From an uncultured archaeon (GTDB lineage: Archaea; Asgardarchaeota; Thorarchaeia; Thorarchaeales; Thorarchaeaceae), in assembly GCA_964610875.1 (NCBI GenBank), contig CAZSWP010000033.1:1-41410 (forward strand): a stretch of DNA of 41,410 nt, in the 5' to 3' direction. This document shows, piece after piece, positions 10,655 through 20,324 of this stretch; the stretch's first letter is position 1; the number at the start of each line of letters is the position of its first letter. The position numbers were made by a program, and so were the translations under genes. The notes beneath the pieces were generated by a model. That model saw nothing but the letters and a program-made list of their open reading frames with translations. It made no database searches and was not told the origin of the DNA.

Positions 10655-11746
10655 CTATTTGGACTTTTGGCGAAAAATTGTTTCAATCTTCTCCGCAATA
10701 TTATCCCATGAATAATCATCTTTTGGAATATCTAATTTAATGTCATGTTTAAGTGCCTTTAGTATGTTATCATAATTATCTGGTCTTAACTCATGTAAAT
10801 TCGGGTGGTCAAAACATATCAATCTTGCAAATGTTGGAATATCTAATTCGCATGCTTCTAATGCAGCAATATTGAAACCTTCACGTTCTGACATTGAAAT
10901 GAATATCTGGCTCTTTGATATCTCTTCTAATACCTCTGTATGTGTTTCTAAGAATCCTAAGAAACTAATGTTCAATCCATCTGCCCGTTCTTCAAGTTTT
11001 GCTCTCTCTGGACCATCACCTATTAACCTAAGTGAAATGTCTGCATTGTTTTCACTTAGTTTCCGGAAAAGAAGAATCAGCAAATCAACCCTCTTTTCAA
11101 ATATTAATCGTCCCACAAATACGAATGAATTTGGAATTTTTTTGGTTACCTTTTTGATTTGCTCTATTGCCTGTTGATCTATTCCGTTCCAAACAACAAA
11201 TACTCCTTCTTCTCGCACATTTGTATAATTGATTAAATGGTCTCTAGTATAATTCGAAACCGCAATAATACCATCAGTTCTTCCAACTGACAGAACTTGA
11301 ATCGAATATCCAATAACTCCTCCCAAAACACCAAGATATCTTATCCAATATCCTACATTCCAATACTCGTGCCAAGTTGAAAATGTCAAGCAATTTGAAT
11401 GGATGCTCCCATAGAATCCGACGACGAAATTTGGGAAATAAGGGAATTCATTAGAATCCAAAACATCAAATTTCATTCTAAACAGGTTGAAGAACAACGC
11501 TATTGTAAAGTGCAAAGCAGGAAATATTTTTCTTCGGTCATTCACATAAAGACCTGATGGTGCATCACAAATTGCATGAATGATCATATTTCGAAATTTG
11601 AAATGTTTTGGCATTCCTGGATATCTCATTGTGAAATAATGTACTTCATGTTGCTTACCCATTCGTGTATAGATTTCATAATATCTCTTCTCAGCTCCCC
11701 CTTTCGACCAAGGATAGATCACATCGGATACAACGCCAATTCGCAA
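10655..11746 (-). CDS. Glycosyltransferase family 4
   Basis: YPWSKGGAEKR, TWHE, GRLIFEKR, EGFNIAALEA, YSWD. TTG at 11746 follows a purine-rich tract (ORF extends to 11770). Confidence 0.9.
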   Translation of the reverse strand: MRIGVVSDVIYPWSKGGAEKRYYEIYTRMGKQHEVHYFTMRYPGMPKHFKFRNMIIHAICDAPSGLYVNDRRKIFPALHFTIALFFNLFRMKFDVLDSNEFPYFPNFVVGFYGSIHSNCLTFSTWHEYWNVGYWIRYLGVLGGVIGYSIQVLSVGRTDGIIAVSNYTRDHLINYTNVREEGVFVVWNGIDQQAIEQIKKVTKKIPNSFVFVGRLIFEKRVDLLILLFRKLSENNADISLRLIGDGPERAKLEERADGLNISFLGFLETHTEVLEEISKSQIFISMSEREGFNIAALEACELDIPTFARLICFDHPNLHELRPDNYDNILKALKHDIKLDIPKDDYSWDNIAEKIETIFRQKSK

Positions 11747-11877
11747 ATCGATTTCCCTCTCTCGGTACAATAAGTTCTTTTACATGATACAGGTTTTCAA
11801 AGTATATGGACGCTGTATATAAGCTTCGTAGCTTCCAGTTCTACTGATATGGAACAAAACATGGAGGAAAACTAAAG

Positions 11878-14800
11878 GTGAACAAGCTCCTAAAGACTAT
11901 ATGTGGAGTTTTGAAAAGGGATGATGTTTTCCTCATTATTATAACATTCATTGGCACAGTATTCCGATTATTCATGTCTACAACCACGTGGGGATATCTT
12001 TCTCCTGATGAGGCGAGATATCTTAAGTTGGCTCTATCATTCATCGTTAAAGACCCTTCTGAAACCGCTGCGTTCCGTCCCGGTCTTCCTTTAATTCTGT
12101 TTGCAGTAATGATGATTGTTGGATCCAAAACATCTTTTGTAGGACATTTCGTTTCTCAAGTATTTGGTATTAGTCTAATACCATTATCATATTTTCTGGG
12201 TAAGAACCTGAGAACATCTCGTTCTGGAAAAATTGCCGCAATTTTATTTGCTACCTCTGGTATGTTCATACATCATAGTAGTAGAATTCTGACGGATGCT
12301 CCTGCCATATTCTTCTCACTTTTCGCCCTTCTTCTCTTCACAAAAGGATTCTCTCAAGAAAAAAAAATCCTGGGCTACTTCTATTCCTTTTTTGGAGGAA
12401 TAACGGTAATTCTGGCAATATCCATTAGAGTTTCTGCAATCATTTTCTTCCTTTGTTTGTTTGTATTTTTTTTATTGCGTTGCTATAATTCCAAGAATGA
12501 AGCACATCAATTACTTCCTCATTTTGTTTTAGGAATTGCTGCATTCATGATTATCTTTCTATATCTCACATTAATTCCTGGTCTACTTCAAGAGAGTATG
12601 CTCGCTATTCTCCTAAACTACTTTCTGGGTTTTATAAAAGGAGTATCACCTTCACAATTAGTCTGGAATATAGGTGTGTCTGGTTTGAGAATTTTAGGTA
12701 CCCTATCCCTTACAATTACGAGCTATTTTTTTGAAAATATCTTCTTTTTCTGTTTGGCAATTATTTCTTCCATTGCTATTCATGATTCATATAAAAGAAG
12801 GGGCAGATCCGATCAGATTCTCCTGATATGGATTGCATTGTATCTGATTATGTACATTTTCGCTGAAAATGTTGTACTCTGGGAGGATTGGAGATATCTA
12901 ATTCCGGTGATTTCACCTTCCCTTTTTCTGATTTCATTTTCTGTTGATTCGAGATATCCATCGTTAGAAAAACTGTATACCAGAATTCAGACGAATTGGC
13001 TGGCATTAAAAGAAAAAGTTGCGTCTATTAATTTAGGTTCTATGGGATGGTTGTTTCTCTGTATACTTATAGCATTACTAATAATCATACCACTAAACTG
13101 GATATTCGCATCAACATTAACTATCCTTTGTATTTGTCTTTATGATATCAAATCTAGAAAATCAATCTCTGTGTGGACACCTTTTTTGTTAATTGGTTTT
13201 CTGATTATGTCGTCCAATTTCACAATCATTACTTCAGCAAATGTTTTATCTCACGAGAACACAGTGGAGTATTGGGAAGTCTATCGCCCTAACACGATAA
13301 TACCAATTTCCAACAATACTGATGATATAAATACACTCTCTCTTGGAATAACTGAGTTTGCCTTACCCAAAATCAATTATCCCGGACCCAATGTTTTGTC
13401 AAAAGAATCCCTATTTATTTGGACCAAGTCGAACTCCTCATATGAGATTCTTGTTGTTGCTTGGAATAATACAGAAGAACAACTTACTGGACAAACCCGA
13501 ATTCGAGGTTATAATATTGTAGATATTCGAATGTCATCTCAATTTGGACACACAGAAAATAGTTCATTTTCGATACGTGAAACTGGCTATTTTAGTTTCA
13601 TAGATTTCAATATTGAAGCGACATCATCATTAATGGCTGCAGAAATCCTACTATTACCCATTAGAACATCAGATTCCCATCGCATTGAAATTGACGTATT
13701 CGAAACATCACTAAGAACACTTTGGAGTGGTTCTGTAGAATTTCAACTACCATATACATTGACAGCAAAATGGCTTGAATTGTATATGCTTTGGAACATA
13801 TCTATTCAATCGGAGATGGAAATTGATATTTCAATAAACAGTCTTGAGCTTGAATGTATCATAAATGAAAGTGAATTAACTGATTTGGATATCATATCAA
13901 TATCTGCATACTCCTCAAATATTCGTATACTCTCCAATATTACAAATGGGTTTGCCATTATCTACCTAAATCCAATCACAGAAGCGGTTCCTGATGTTGA
14001 TATTGCGTTCTCAGTTAATGGTGAGATTTCAAATATTCTTGTTGGGTCCGAGATTTATTCGGGTATTTTCAATCTAGAATTTCTCCATTTGGATAATCTA
14101 TATACTTCACTTTTGCCATATGTGGGTACTCTTGATATTCTCCTAATTACATTCTGTATTGGTGTGTCAGTATTTGTCTTCAAAATGAGTCTAAGGCGAA
14201 AAAATAACACTGCTCTATCTAGATGTATTATTTTATCTGCACTAATTTCAGGATTATCCATTTTCCTCAGTGGTTCCTTCCTAGATGCTACGGGAATTAT
14301 ATTCCTACAAGAAGAGTATGCACTTCTATTTATGGCTGCTATCTCAATCCGCATGACGATTTTATTTGGTGGTGCCATTACATTACTCATAATTTTGTAT
14401 CAAGACCTACTAGAGTCCTCTTATCAAATGCCATTAGAATACAACACGATATCATCAATAATTGAAAAGATAAAATCGTTACAATTTTTCTATAGGTCCA
14501 ATCATTTTCGTTCAAATCTCATATTACTTGTTCTACTAGTAATGATTTTTTCTGGGCCTGCTGCTGCATTTGAATTCTCGATGGAAACCAGAGAAACATA
14601 TGACAGTATGATGAAATGCGGATATTTTTTGGAATCTACATTCTCGGAGAAACTAAATGTGCTTACTAATGAAAATGGTCCATGGTACATTGAATGGTTT
14701 AGTCGCCACGAGCTCAATGTATCATCTATTCCCTTACATGTCATTGAGGAAACAACTAATCTGACATCATTAGTAGTTAACATGATTCTTGATAATAACA

Positions 14801-14955
14801 TTCATTTAGTAATAGTGTTTGAACGACTGAGCTACTCACTTACTGAAATTTACTTGATGCTTCATGAACTAGGATATTTGACTCTTATCCGAGATTATCA
14901 CGAACAAAATGGCTGGAATACTCTGATATATGAGGTTAATTCGTCATTTGTCTAG
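11878..14955 (+). CDS. ArnT/PMT-like (GT83/GT39, GT-C) membrane glycosyltransferase with a large inserted extracellular region
   Basis: LSPDEARY in the first loop, RPGLP, SSRILTDAP, WRYLIP; many TM segments; sequon-rich soluble region at about aa 460-740. Confidence 0.78.
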   Translation: MNKLLKTICGVLKRDDVFLIIITFIGTVFRLFMSTTTWGYLSPDEARYLKLALSFIVKDPSETAAFRPGLPLILFAVMMIVGSKTSFVGHFVSQVFGISLIPLSYFLGKNLRTSRSGKIAAILFATSGMFIHHSSRILTDAPAIFFSLFALLLFTKGFSQEKKILGYFYSFFGGITVILAISIRVSAIIFFLCLFVFFLLRCYNSKNEAHQLLPHFVLGIAAFMIIFLYLTLIPGLLQESMLAILLNYFLGFIKGVSPSQLVWNIGVSGLRILGTLSLTITSYFFENIFFFCLAIISSIAIHDSYKRRGRSDQILLIWIALYLIMYIFAENVVLWEDWRYLIPVISPSLFLISFSVDSRYPSLEKLYTRIQTNWLALKEKVASINLGSMGWLFLCILIALLIIIPLNWIFASTLTILCICLYDIKSRKSISVWTPFLLIGFLIMSSNFTIITSANVLSHENTVEYWEVYRPNTIIPISNNTDDINTLSLGITEFALPKINYPGPNVLSKESLFIWTKSNSSYEILVVAWNNTEEQLTGQTRIRGYNIVDIRMSSQFGHTENSSFSIRETGYFSFIDFNIEATSSLMAAEILLLPIRTSDSHRIEIDVFETSLRTLWSGSVEFQLPYTLTAKWLELYMLWNISIQSEMEIDISINSLELECIINESELTDLDIISISAYSSNIRILSNITNGFAIIYLNPITEAVPDVDIAFSVNGEISNILVGSEIYSGIFNLEFLHLDNLYTSLLPYVGTLDILLITFCIGVSVFVFKMSLRRKNNTALSRCIILSALISGLSIFLSGSFLDATGIIFLQEEYALLFMAAISIRMTILFGGAITLLIILYQDLLESSYQMPLEYNTISSIIEKIKSLQFFYRSNHFRSNLILLVLLVMIFSGPAAAFEFSMETRETYDSMMKCGYFLESTFSEKLNVLTNENGPWYIEWFSRHELNVSSIPLHVIEETTNLTSLVVNMILDNNIHLVIVFERLSYSLTEIYLMLHELGYLTLIRDYHEQNGWNTLIYEVNSSFV

Positions 14956-16299
14956 TCAGTATCTTATCCCTACTTTACCAATGCATCTATACTCAAATCC
15001 AGCTTGTTCTACTTCATCTTTATCAAATACATTCCGTCCATCCACAATTGTAGGCGTTCGCATTTTCTTTCTAATCTCGGGTAAATCAAGTTCGAAATAC
15101 ACTTTATGTTTAGTCACCAATGCCAAACAATCTGAGTTTTCTATTGCTTTTTGGAAATCCTTTTCAACATTATCTGGTCCTAGGTCCCAATCTCTTACAT
15201 AGGGGTCATGGAGAACTACTTCTGCTCCTTTAGCTTTCAGAGTAGCAATTAATGGAGATGCAGGACTGTTCCTAGTATCATCTGAATCTTCAAGATATGC
15301 AACTCCAAGAATTGTGATACTCGCATTTTGTACTGAAACATTCTTTGCTCTCAGTGCATTTTCTACAAGTTCTGCCATATGTATTGGCATATGGTTATTG
15401 ATTCTACGAGCAAGTGAGATAAATTCCGGTTCAATTTTCCATGTCCCATATTCATAGAGCCCATATCTAAGTAACCAAGGGTCTTTCGGAAGACAATGTC
15501 CTCCAACACCTGCACCAGGGATGTGCATATGACGATCATGTCTTGCATTGATGAGCTTGATTATTTCGAAAATATTGACTCCTAGGCTCTCACATACTAA
15601 TGCCATCTCATTTGCAAAAGCTATATTGATATCACGGTAGGCATTTTCAATTGTTTTCGAGAGTTCTGCTGACAATGTATCTGTCGTGTATATTTCATCT
15701 TTCACTATTTTAGAATACAAATCAAATGCCCTTTTAGTACTTTGAGATGTTATTCCTCCAACAACTCTTGGCATATTTACTATATATTCGAGAAGTTTTC
15801 CAGGCATCACTCTCTCATATGAGAATGCTAGGTCAAAATCCACACCTCCTTTGAAACCAGACTGGGTTTCAATTATTTCTTGTACAACATTCTGTGTGGT
15901 ACCTGGAGCCACAGTTGATTCAACAACAACTAATGCACCTTTTTTGATTCTTTCTCCAATATTCTTACTTACTTCTCTAAGTGAATCATACCTCGGCATG
16001 TTTTGCGCATCAGTTGGCGTTTGAACATCAATGAGAATAATGTCAGCATCTCGAATAATTTCAATATTGTCTGTAACACGAAATGTTCCCTTCTTGACGA
16101 CTCTCTCAATCATCTCATCTAATCCTGGTTCTATTCCTTCAAAGGGGGATTTGCCGCTATTTAGAACATCAATTTTCCATCCGGATCGTTTCGATCTTCT
16201 CTGAAGTCCAGTTACTTCAAACTCATCAACATCTGCCAATAACGCAGCTGCAGGAATACCAACATATCCCATTCCAATAACAACAATCTTAGTAGTCAT
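14956..16299 (-). CDS. UDP-sugar 6-dehydrogenase (WecC/WbpA-like), copy 1
   Basis: GMGYVG Rossmann motif, ESTVAPGTT, ERVMPG, KTIENAYRD, catalytic GGHCLPKDP, DTRNSP, DGRN. Confidence 0.93.
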   Translation of the reverse strand: MTTKIVVIGMGYVGIPAAALLADVDEFEVTGLQRRSKRSGWKIDVLNSGKSPFEGIEPGLDEMIERVVKKGTFRVTDNIEIIRDADIILIDVQTPTDAQNMPRYDSLREVSKNIGERIKKGALVVVESTVAPGTTQNVVQEIIETQSGFKGGVDFDLAFSYERVMPGKLLEYIVNMPRVVGGITSQSTKRAFDLYSKIVKDEIYTTDTLSAELSKTIENAYRDINIAFANEMALVCESLGVNIFEIIKLINARHDRHMHIPGAGVGGHCLPKDPWLLRYGLYEYGTWKIEPEFISLARRINNHMPIHMAELVENALRAKNVSVQNASITILGVAYLEDSDDTRNSPASPLIATLKAKGAEVVLHDPYVRDWDLGPDNVEKDFQKAIENSDCLALVTKHKVYFELDLPEIRKKMRTPTIVDGRNVFDKDEVEQAGFEYRCIGKVGIRY

Positions 16300-16485
16300 G
16301 TTCCTATCCTCTAATCAATATCTATCACTCTTGAATAGAACTTCGCAATTTATCAGCTTCAAAAAAGTTCCTATAGTAGAAATTCCGTCCTATATATTCA
16401 ATTATTGAGAAGCTTAACTTTATGTACGAGTAAAAATAAATCAAATACACTTCTATAGGAAATTTGTTGCAGTTTGGTTACTATT

Positions 16486-17661
16486 CTACCTTTTCCCTAC
16501 CAGCGCAGAAACCACTTGATACCATTCATTAGATGTTGGTTCGATACCAAAGTTTCCAATTACCAATTCTCTTGCATTACTTGCGAGGTCATGATACAAC
16601 TTATCATCCTTCAACAACGAACGAAGTCCCTCTTCCAATGCGGGTTGTGAGAAATCAGAGCATATGTATCCATTCTCTCTATGTTTAATAATTTCTTTTG
16701 CTCCAGCATGTGGGGTTGAAACCACTGGGGTTCCACATGCTAAACTTTCAAGAATATTCATCCCAAAAATCTCAACATCCATGGTAGATGAAACTGTTAA
16801 ATATGCTTTTGAATAAAAATATGGCATGATAGTATTAGGAACATTCCTCAGTAATGTTACTTCTCCTTTCAAACCTAGTATCGTTATCAATTTAATAATT
16901 CTGTGAAATTCGGGTCCTCCCTGTGAAATAATAAGTAAATTTGTTTTACGACATTCTCTCACATTCTGGAAAGCTCTCAGGAGTATGTCAATCTGTTTAA
17001 TCTTACTGAGTTGTCCTACAAATAGTATAGTCTTGCACTCAGATGGAAACCATCTCTCAATCTCCTTAACACTAGTTTCTTTTACTTTGAACAAATCCAT
17101 ATCAATACATGGTGGTATGACTTCAAGTTTGTCTACTGAGGTCCCTTGATTTCGTATGAATTTCAGTGCTTGTTTTGTTTTTAAAATCCAACAATCTGCA
17201 TTATCGTATACATATCTTCCGAATGTTTTTGTATACACAAAATGTGGAATCCCTTTGAATAATCCGAAGTAGAAATATGGACCATGCCAAACAATAGATT
17301 TTGTATGTTTAGATTTACAATATTTCACAACTCTTAGTGTTGATAAACTAAAATCTTCAGTACATACCACGACATCAGGTTTGTAGGCATCAAGGATTCT
17401 CTCTAATCCTACTAGATAGATTCCAATTGACCTACTAATTTCAAATAATCCGGGGATTTTGATATAGTCAAGTAATACTACATTTTTGAACTCGCTAATA
17501 TTCTTTGGTTGCTCAATGTTTCTCTCCCTTCTTGTTATTATGAGAATATCACAATATCTCTCTAAACCCTTTTTCAATACCATCATTTGAGTATTATAAT
17601 ACCGAAATGATTGATTTGGTGCAATTACAGGATTCACGAGAGCTATTCTCAATTTGGACAT
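16486..17661 (-). CDS. Glycosyltransferase family 4
   Basis: ILFVGQLSKIK, EIFGMNILESLACGTPVV (EX7E), ENGY. Confidence 0.9.
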   Translation of the reverse strand: MSKLRIALVNPVIAPNQSFRYYNTQMMVLKKGLERYCDILIITRRERNIEQPKNISEFKNVVLLDYIKIPGLFEISRSIGIYLVGLERILDAYKPDVVVCTEDFSLSTLRVVKYCKSKHTKSIVWHGPYFYFGLFKGIPHFVYTKTFGRYVYDNADCWILKTKQALKFIRNQGTSVDKLEVIPPCIDMDLFKVKETSVKEIERWFPSECKTILFVGQLSKIKQIDILLRAFQNVRECRKTNLLIISQGGPEFHRIIKLITILGLKGEVTLLRNVPNTIMPYFYSKAYLTVSSTMDVEIFGMNILESLACGTPVVSTPHAGAKEIIKHRENGYICSDFSQPALEEGLRSLLKDDKLYHDLASNARELVIGNFGIEPTSNEWYQVVSALVGKR

Positions 17662-17943
17662 CTAAGTTAGCATCTCCAATCAATTTAGATTATGCAGATG
17701 AAAGACCTTATCATTCACATATAATTTGCTAAGCAACTATCTGATCATCGCATAAAATAGTATGTTTCGAAGAAACTTGAGATGATCCAGAAACCTGGTG
17801 AACATTATTTAATCTAACTTTCACACCATCTACTGAAATTCATATTGTTAATGAATTAAAGTGTCATTCTCTTATGATACAAATGTTAGATAAATTGATA
17901 TATGGCATGAGAATCGAACAGCAATAGTAGGGATTGGTCAATA

Positions 17944-19215
17944 GTGGATAATCATTTTTTGTCATCTCAAACGATTGAAGAATTAGATCGTGTCTTTCAG
18001 AAAAGAACAACCAAAGAGCCAACAAGATACGATTTTCCTTTGGTTAAAATGCCTTTTGGATTTGAAGAGATATTGGAATCAATTGATACTTTGTTATCTG
18101 GCTATGTAACAATGGGTAAGAAGGTTGAATTATTCGAAGATGCATTTGCAAAATATTTGGGTGTGGAGCATGCCATTATGGTTAATTCTGGTAGTTCTGC
18201 AAACTTACTTGCTTTAGCTATAATAACCAATCCCAGTATTGAAAATCACGCAAAACCAAAATCTGGAATCATAGTACCCGCCTTGACTTGGTCCACTAGT
18301 GTATATCCCATTGTCGATGTGGATTCTTTGCCATACTTCGTCGATTCGAGTATCAACACACTCAACATTGATTCGGAATCAGTTATCAATGCTATCGATT
18401 CTGATGTAAAAGCAATAATGGCTGTACACCTTATTGGTAATCCTTGTGATATGGATCCATTACAAAAGATAGTAGAGGAAAATGATTTATTTCTAATTGA
18501 AGATTGTTGTGAAGCTCATGGTGCTGAGTATAAAGGAAATAAAGTAGGTACATTTGGTGACATTGGTACCTATAGTTTCTTCTTCTCACATCATATATCA
18601 ACAATCGAGGGTGGTATGGTCGTTACCAATAATTCTGAGTTTGCTGAATTAGCAAGAATACTCAGAGCACATGGTTGGACGAGAGACTTGAAGAATCGTC
18701 GACGAGTAGAAACCAAGTATGAAGAACGAGACCCTAGATTTCTATTCGTGAATCGTGGATACAACCTTAGACCTACAGAGATACAAGGAGCATTTGGAAT
18801 ACATCAGATAAAGAAATTGGATAAGTTTGTGATGAAAAGAAGACTTGTGGCGGACATCCTTTCAAATCGTATTCTTGATGCAAATATACCTATCAAAATT
18901 CAACACGAACAAGAATATGGAAAACACAGCTGGTTTGGATTCCCCCTAATACTTGAAGAAGGAGGTTGGGAAAAAAGAAAGATGGTCATAAAGGAGTTAG
19001 ACAACTTGGGAATTGAAACACGAGTTATTATGGGCGGGAATATGGCTGATCAACCAGCAAATTCGATGTTTGAATATCGACAACCTGTAGCACTGGATAA
19101 TGCACAATATATTGACCGATCTGGAATCCTAATTGGATTGCATGCTAATATGGATCAAGCAGATGCCATTGAACTCTCCGATAGAGTTATCGCAGCAGTG
19201 AAAAGAACATTATAA
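17944..19215 (+). CDS. DegT/DnrJ-family PLP enzyme with active-site His; ColD-like GDP-4-keto-6-deoxymannose 3-dehydratase
   Basis: MVNSGSSANLLA, EDCCEAHG, SFFFSHHISTIEGG (His where aminotransferases have Lys), RAHGWTR, GYNLRPTE. Confidence 0.82.
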   Translation: MDNHFLSSQTIEELDRVFQKRTTKEPTRYDFPLVKMPFGFEEILESIDTLLSGYVTMGKKVELFEDAFAKYLGVEHAIMVNSGSSANLLALAIITNPSIENHAKPKSGIIVPALTWSTSVYPIVDVDSLPYFVDSSINTLNIDSESVINAIDSDVKAIMAVHLIGNPCDMDPLQKIVEENDLFLIEDCCEAHGAEYKGNKVGTFGDIGTYSFFFSHHISTIEGGMVVTNNSEFAELARILRAHGWTRDLKNRRRVETKYEERDPRFLFVNRGYNLRPTEIQGAFGIHQIKKLDKFVMKRRLVADILSNRILDANIPIKIQHEQEYGKHSWFGFPLILEEGGWEKRKMVIKELDNLGIETRVIMGGNMADQPANSMFEYRQPVALDNAQYIDRSGILIGLHANMDQADAIELSDRVIAAVKRTL

Positions 19216-19233
19216 TATATCACGTGACAATGG

Positions 19234-20178
19234 GTGAGTAGAGTGAAAAATTCCGATAAAATATATGTGGCAGGACATGCCGGAATGGTTGGTAATGCCA
19301 TTCTGAATGAACTGAAATCTCGTGGATACTCTAATCTAATTACCGCCCCACATGCAAAGCTGGATTTGACTCGTCAGAATAATGTGGAGAAATGGTTTTC
19401 GGAAAACACTCCTGATTTTGTTTTTCTTTGTGCCGCACGTGTAGGTGGCATTGGTGCCAATGTATCTCAACCTGCTCAGTTCCTTTATGACAATATCATG
19501 ATTCAAAGTAATGTCATTCATTCATCATATCTCAATGGGGTAAAGAAACTACTATTTCTTGGTAGTTCGTGTATTTATCCCCGACTGTCAAAACAACCAA
19601 TGAAAGAGGAATATATGTTAACAGGCCACTTGGAACCCACAAATGAAGGCTATGCCGTTGCTAAGATTGCTGGACTCAAAATGTGCGAATACTATAGAAA
19701 ACAATATTCCTTCAATGCTATTACTATTGTTCCACCTAATCTATACGGTCCTGGAGATAATTTCTCATTAGAAGGTTCTCATGTCATTGCTGCATTATTG
19801 AGAAGATTCCATACTGCAAAAATGGAATCATCTGATAGTGTTACAATATGGGGGACTGGTAAGGCAAGAAGGGAATTCATGTTTGTATCGGATTTGGCAA
19901 CTGTTGCAGTAGATCTTGTAGATACATACAATGGGGAAGAGTTTTTGAATGTAGGGACAGGTATTGATTATACAATTCTAGAGCTTGCAGAGAAAATTCG
20001 TAATGTTGTTGGATATGATGGCGATATTGTGTTTGACACTTCGGAACCGGATGGGATGCCAAGAAAAGTTATGGATCTCTCGAAGTTGGAGGAATTCTAT
20101 GACTTGGAATCAATTAATTTAGAAGAGGGCCTAAAACTAACCTATGATTGGTTTTGTAAGAATATTGCTATAGAATAA
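19234..20178 (+). CDS. fcl: GDP-L-fucose synthase / ColC-like epimerase-reductase
   Basis: GHAGMVG, AARVGGI, GSSCIYP, LEPTNEGYAVAK, NLYGPGDNF, SHVIAAL, WGTG...REF, PDGMPRK. Confidence 0.93.
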   Translation: MSRVKNSDKIYVAGHAGMVGNAILNELKSRGYSNLITAPHAKLDLTRQNNVEKWFSENTPDFVFLCAARVGGIGANVSQPAQFLYDNIMIQSNVIHSSYLNGVKKLLFLGSSCIYPRLSKQPMKEEYMLTGHLEPTNEGYAVAKIAGLKMCEYYRKQYSFNAITIVPPNLYGPGDNFSLEGSHVIAALLRRFHTAKMESSDSVTIWGTGKARREFMFVSDLATVAVDLVDTYNGEEFLNVGTGIDYTILELAEKIRNVVGYDGDIVFDTSEPDGMPRKVMDLSKLEEFYDLESINLEEGLKLTYDWFCKNIAIE

Positions 20179-20324
20179 CTAATTGAATAAGAAATTGTGC
20201 TCCCTTTGCATCAAATTCAGCACAAGCACAACTAATAGAATTAGAAGTGCTATTTTATAATAAGGCAATATAACTCCAACCCAAAAGTGATTCTTAGAAA
20301 GATCATCTGCTTTAGCATGGTTGG

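Larger units (their letters stand above)
1..20200. other. AT-rich surface-glycan biosynthesis island
   Basis: Almost all genes are glycan-related. Hand counts give 18/60 GC at line 181 versus 28/60 at line 36901; composition appears to shift near the fcl/pyk junction. Confidence 0.7.

Noticed and set aside
20195-20235. TTGTGCT...AGCACAA inverted repeat with a short AGCACA tandem at the island/pyk boundary
   Set aside because: Only 7 bp, with no partner att site, integrase or tRNA. At most a weak terminator between convergent genes.
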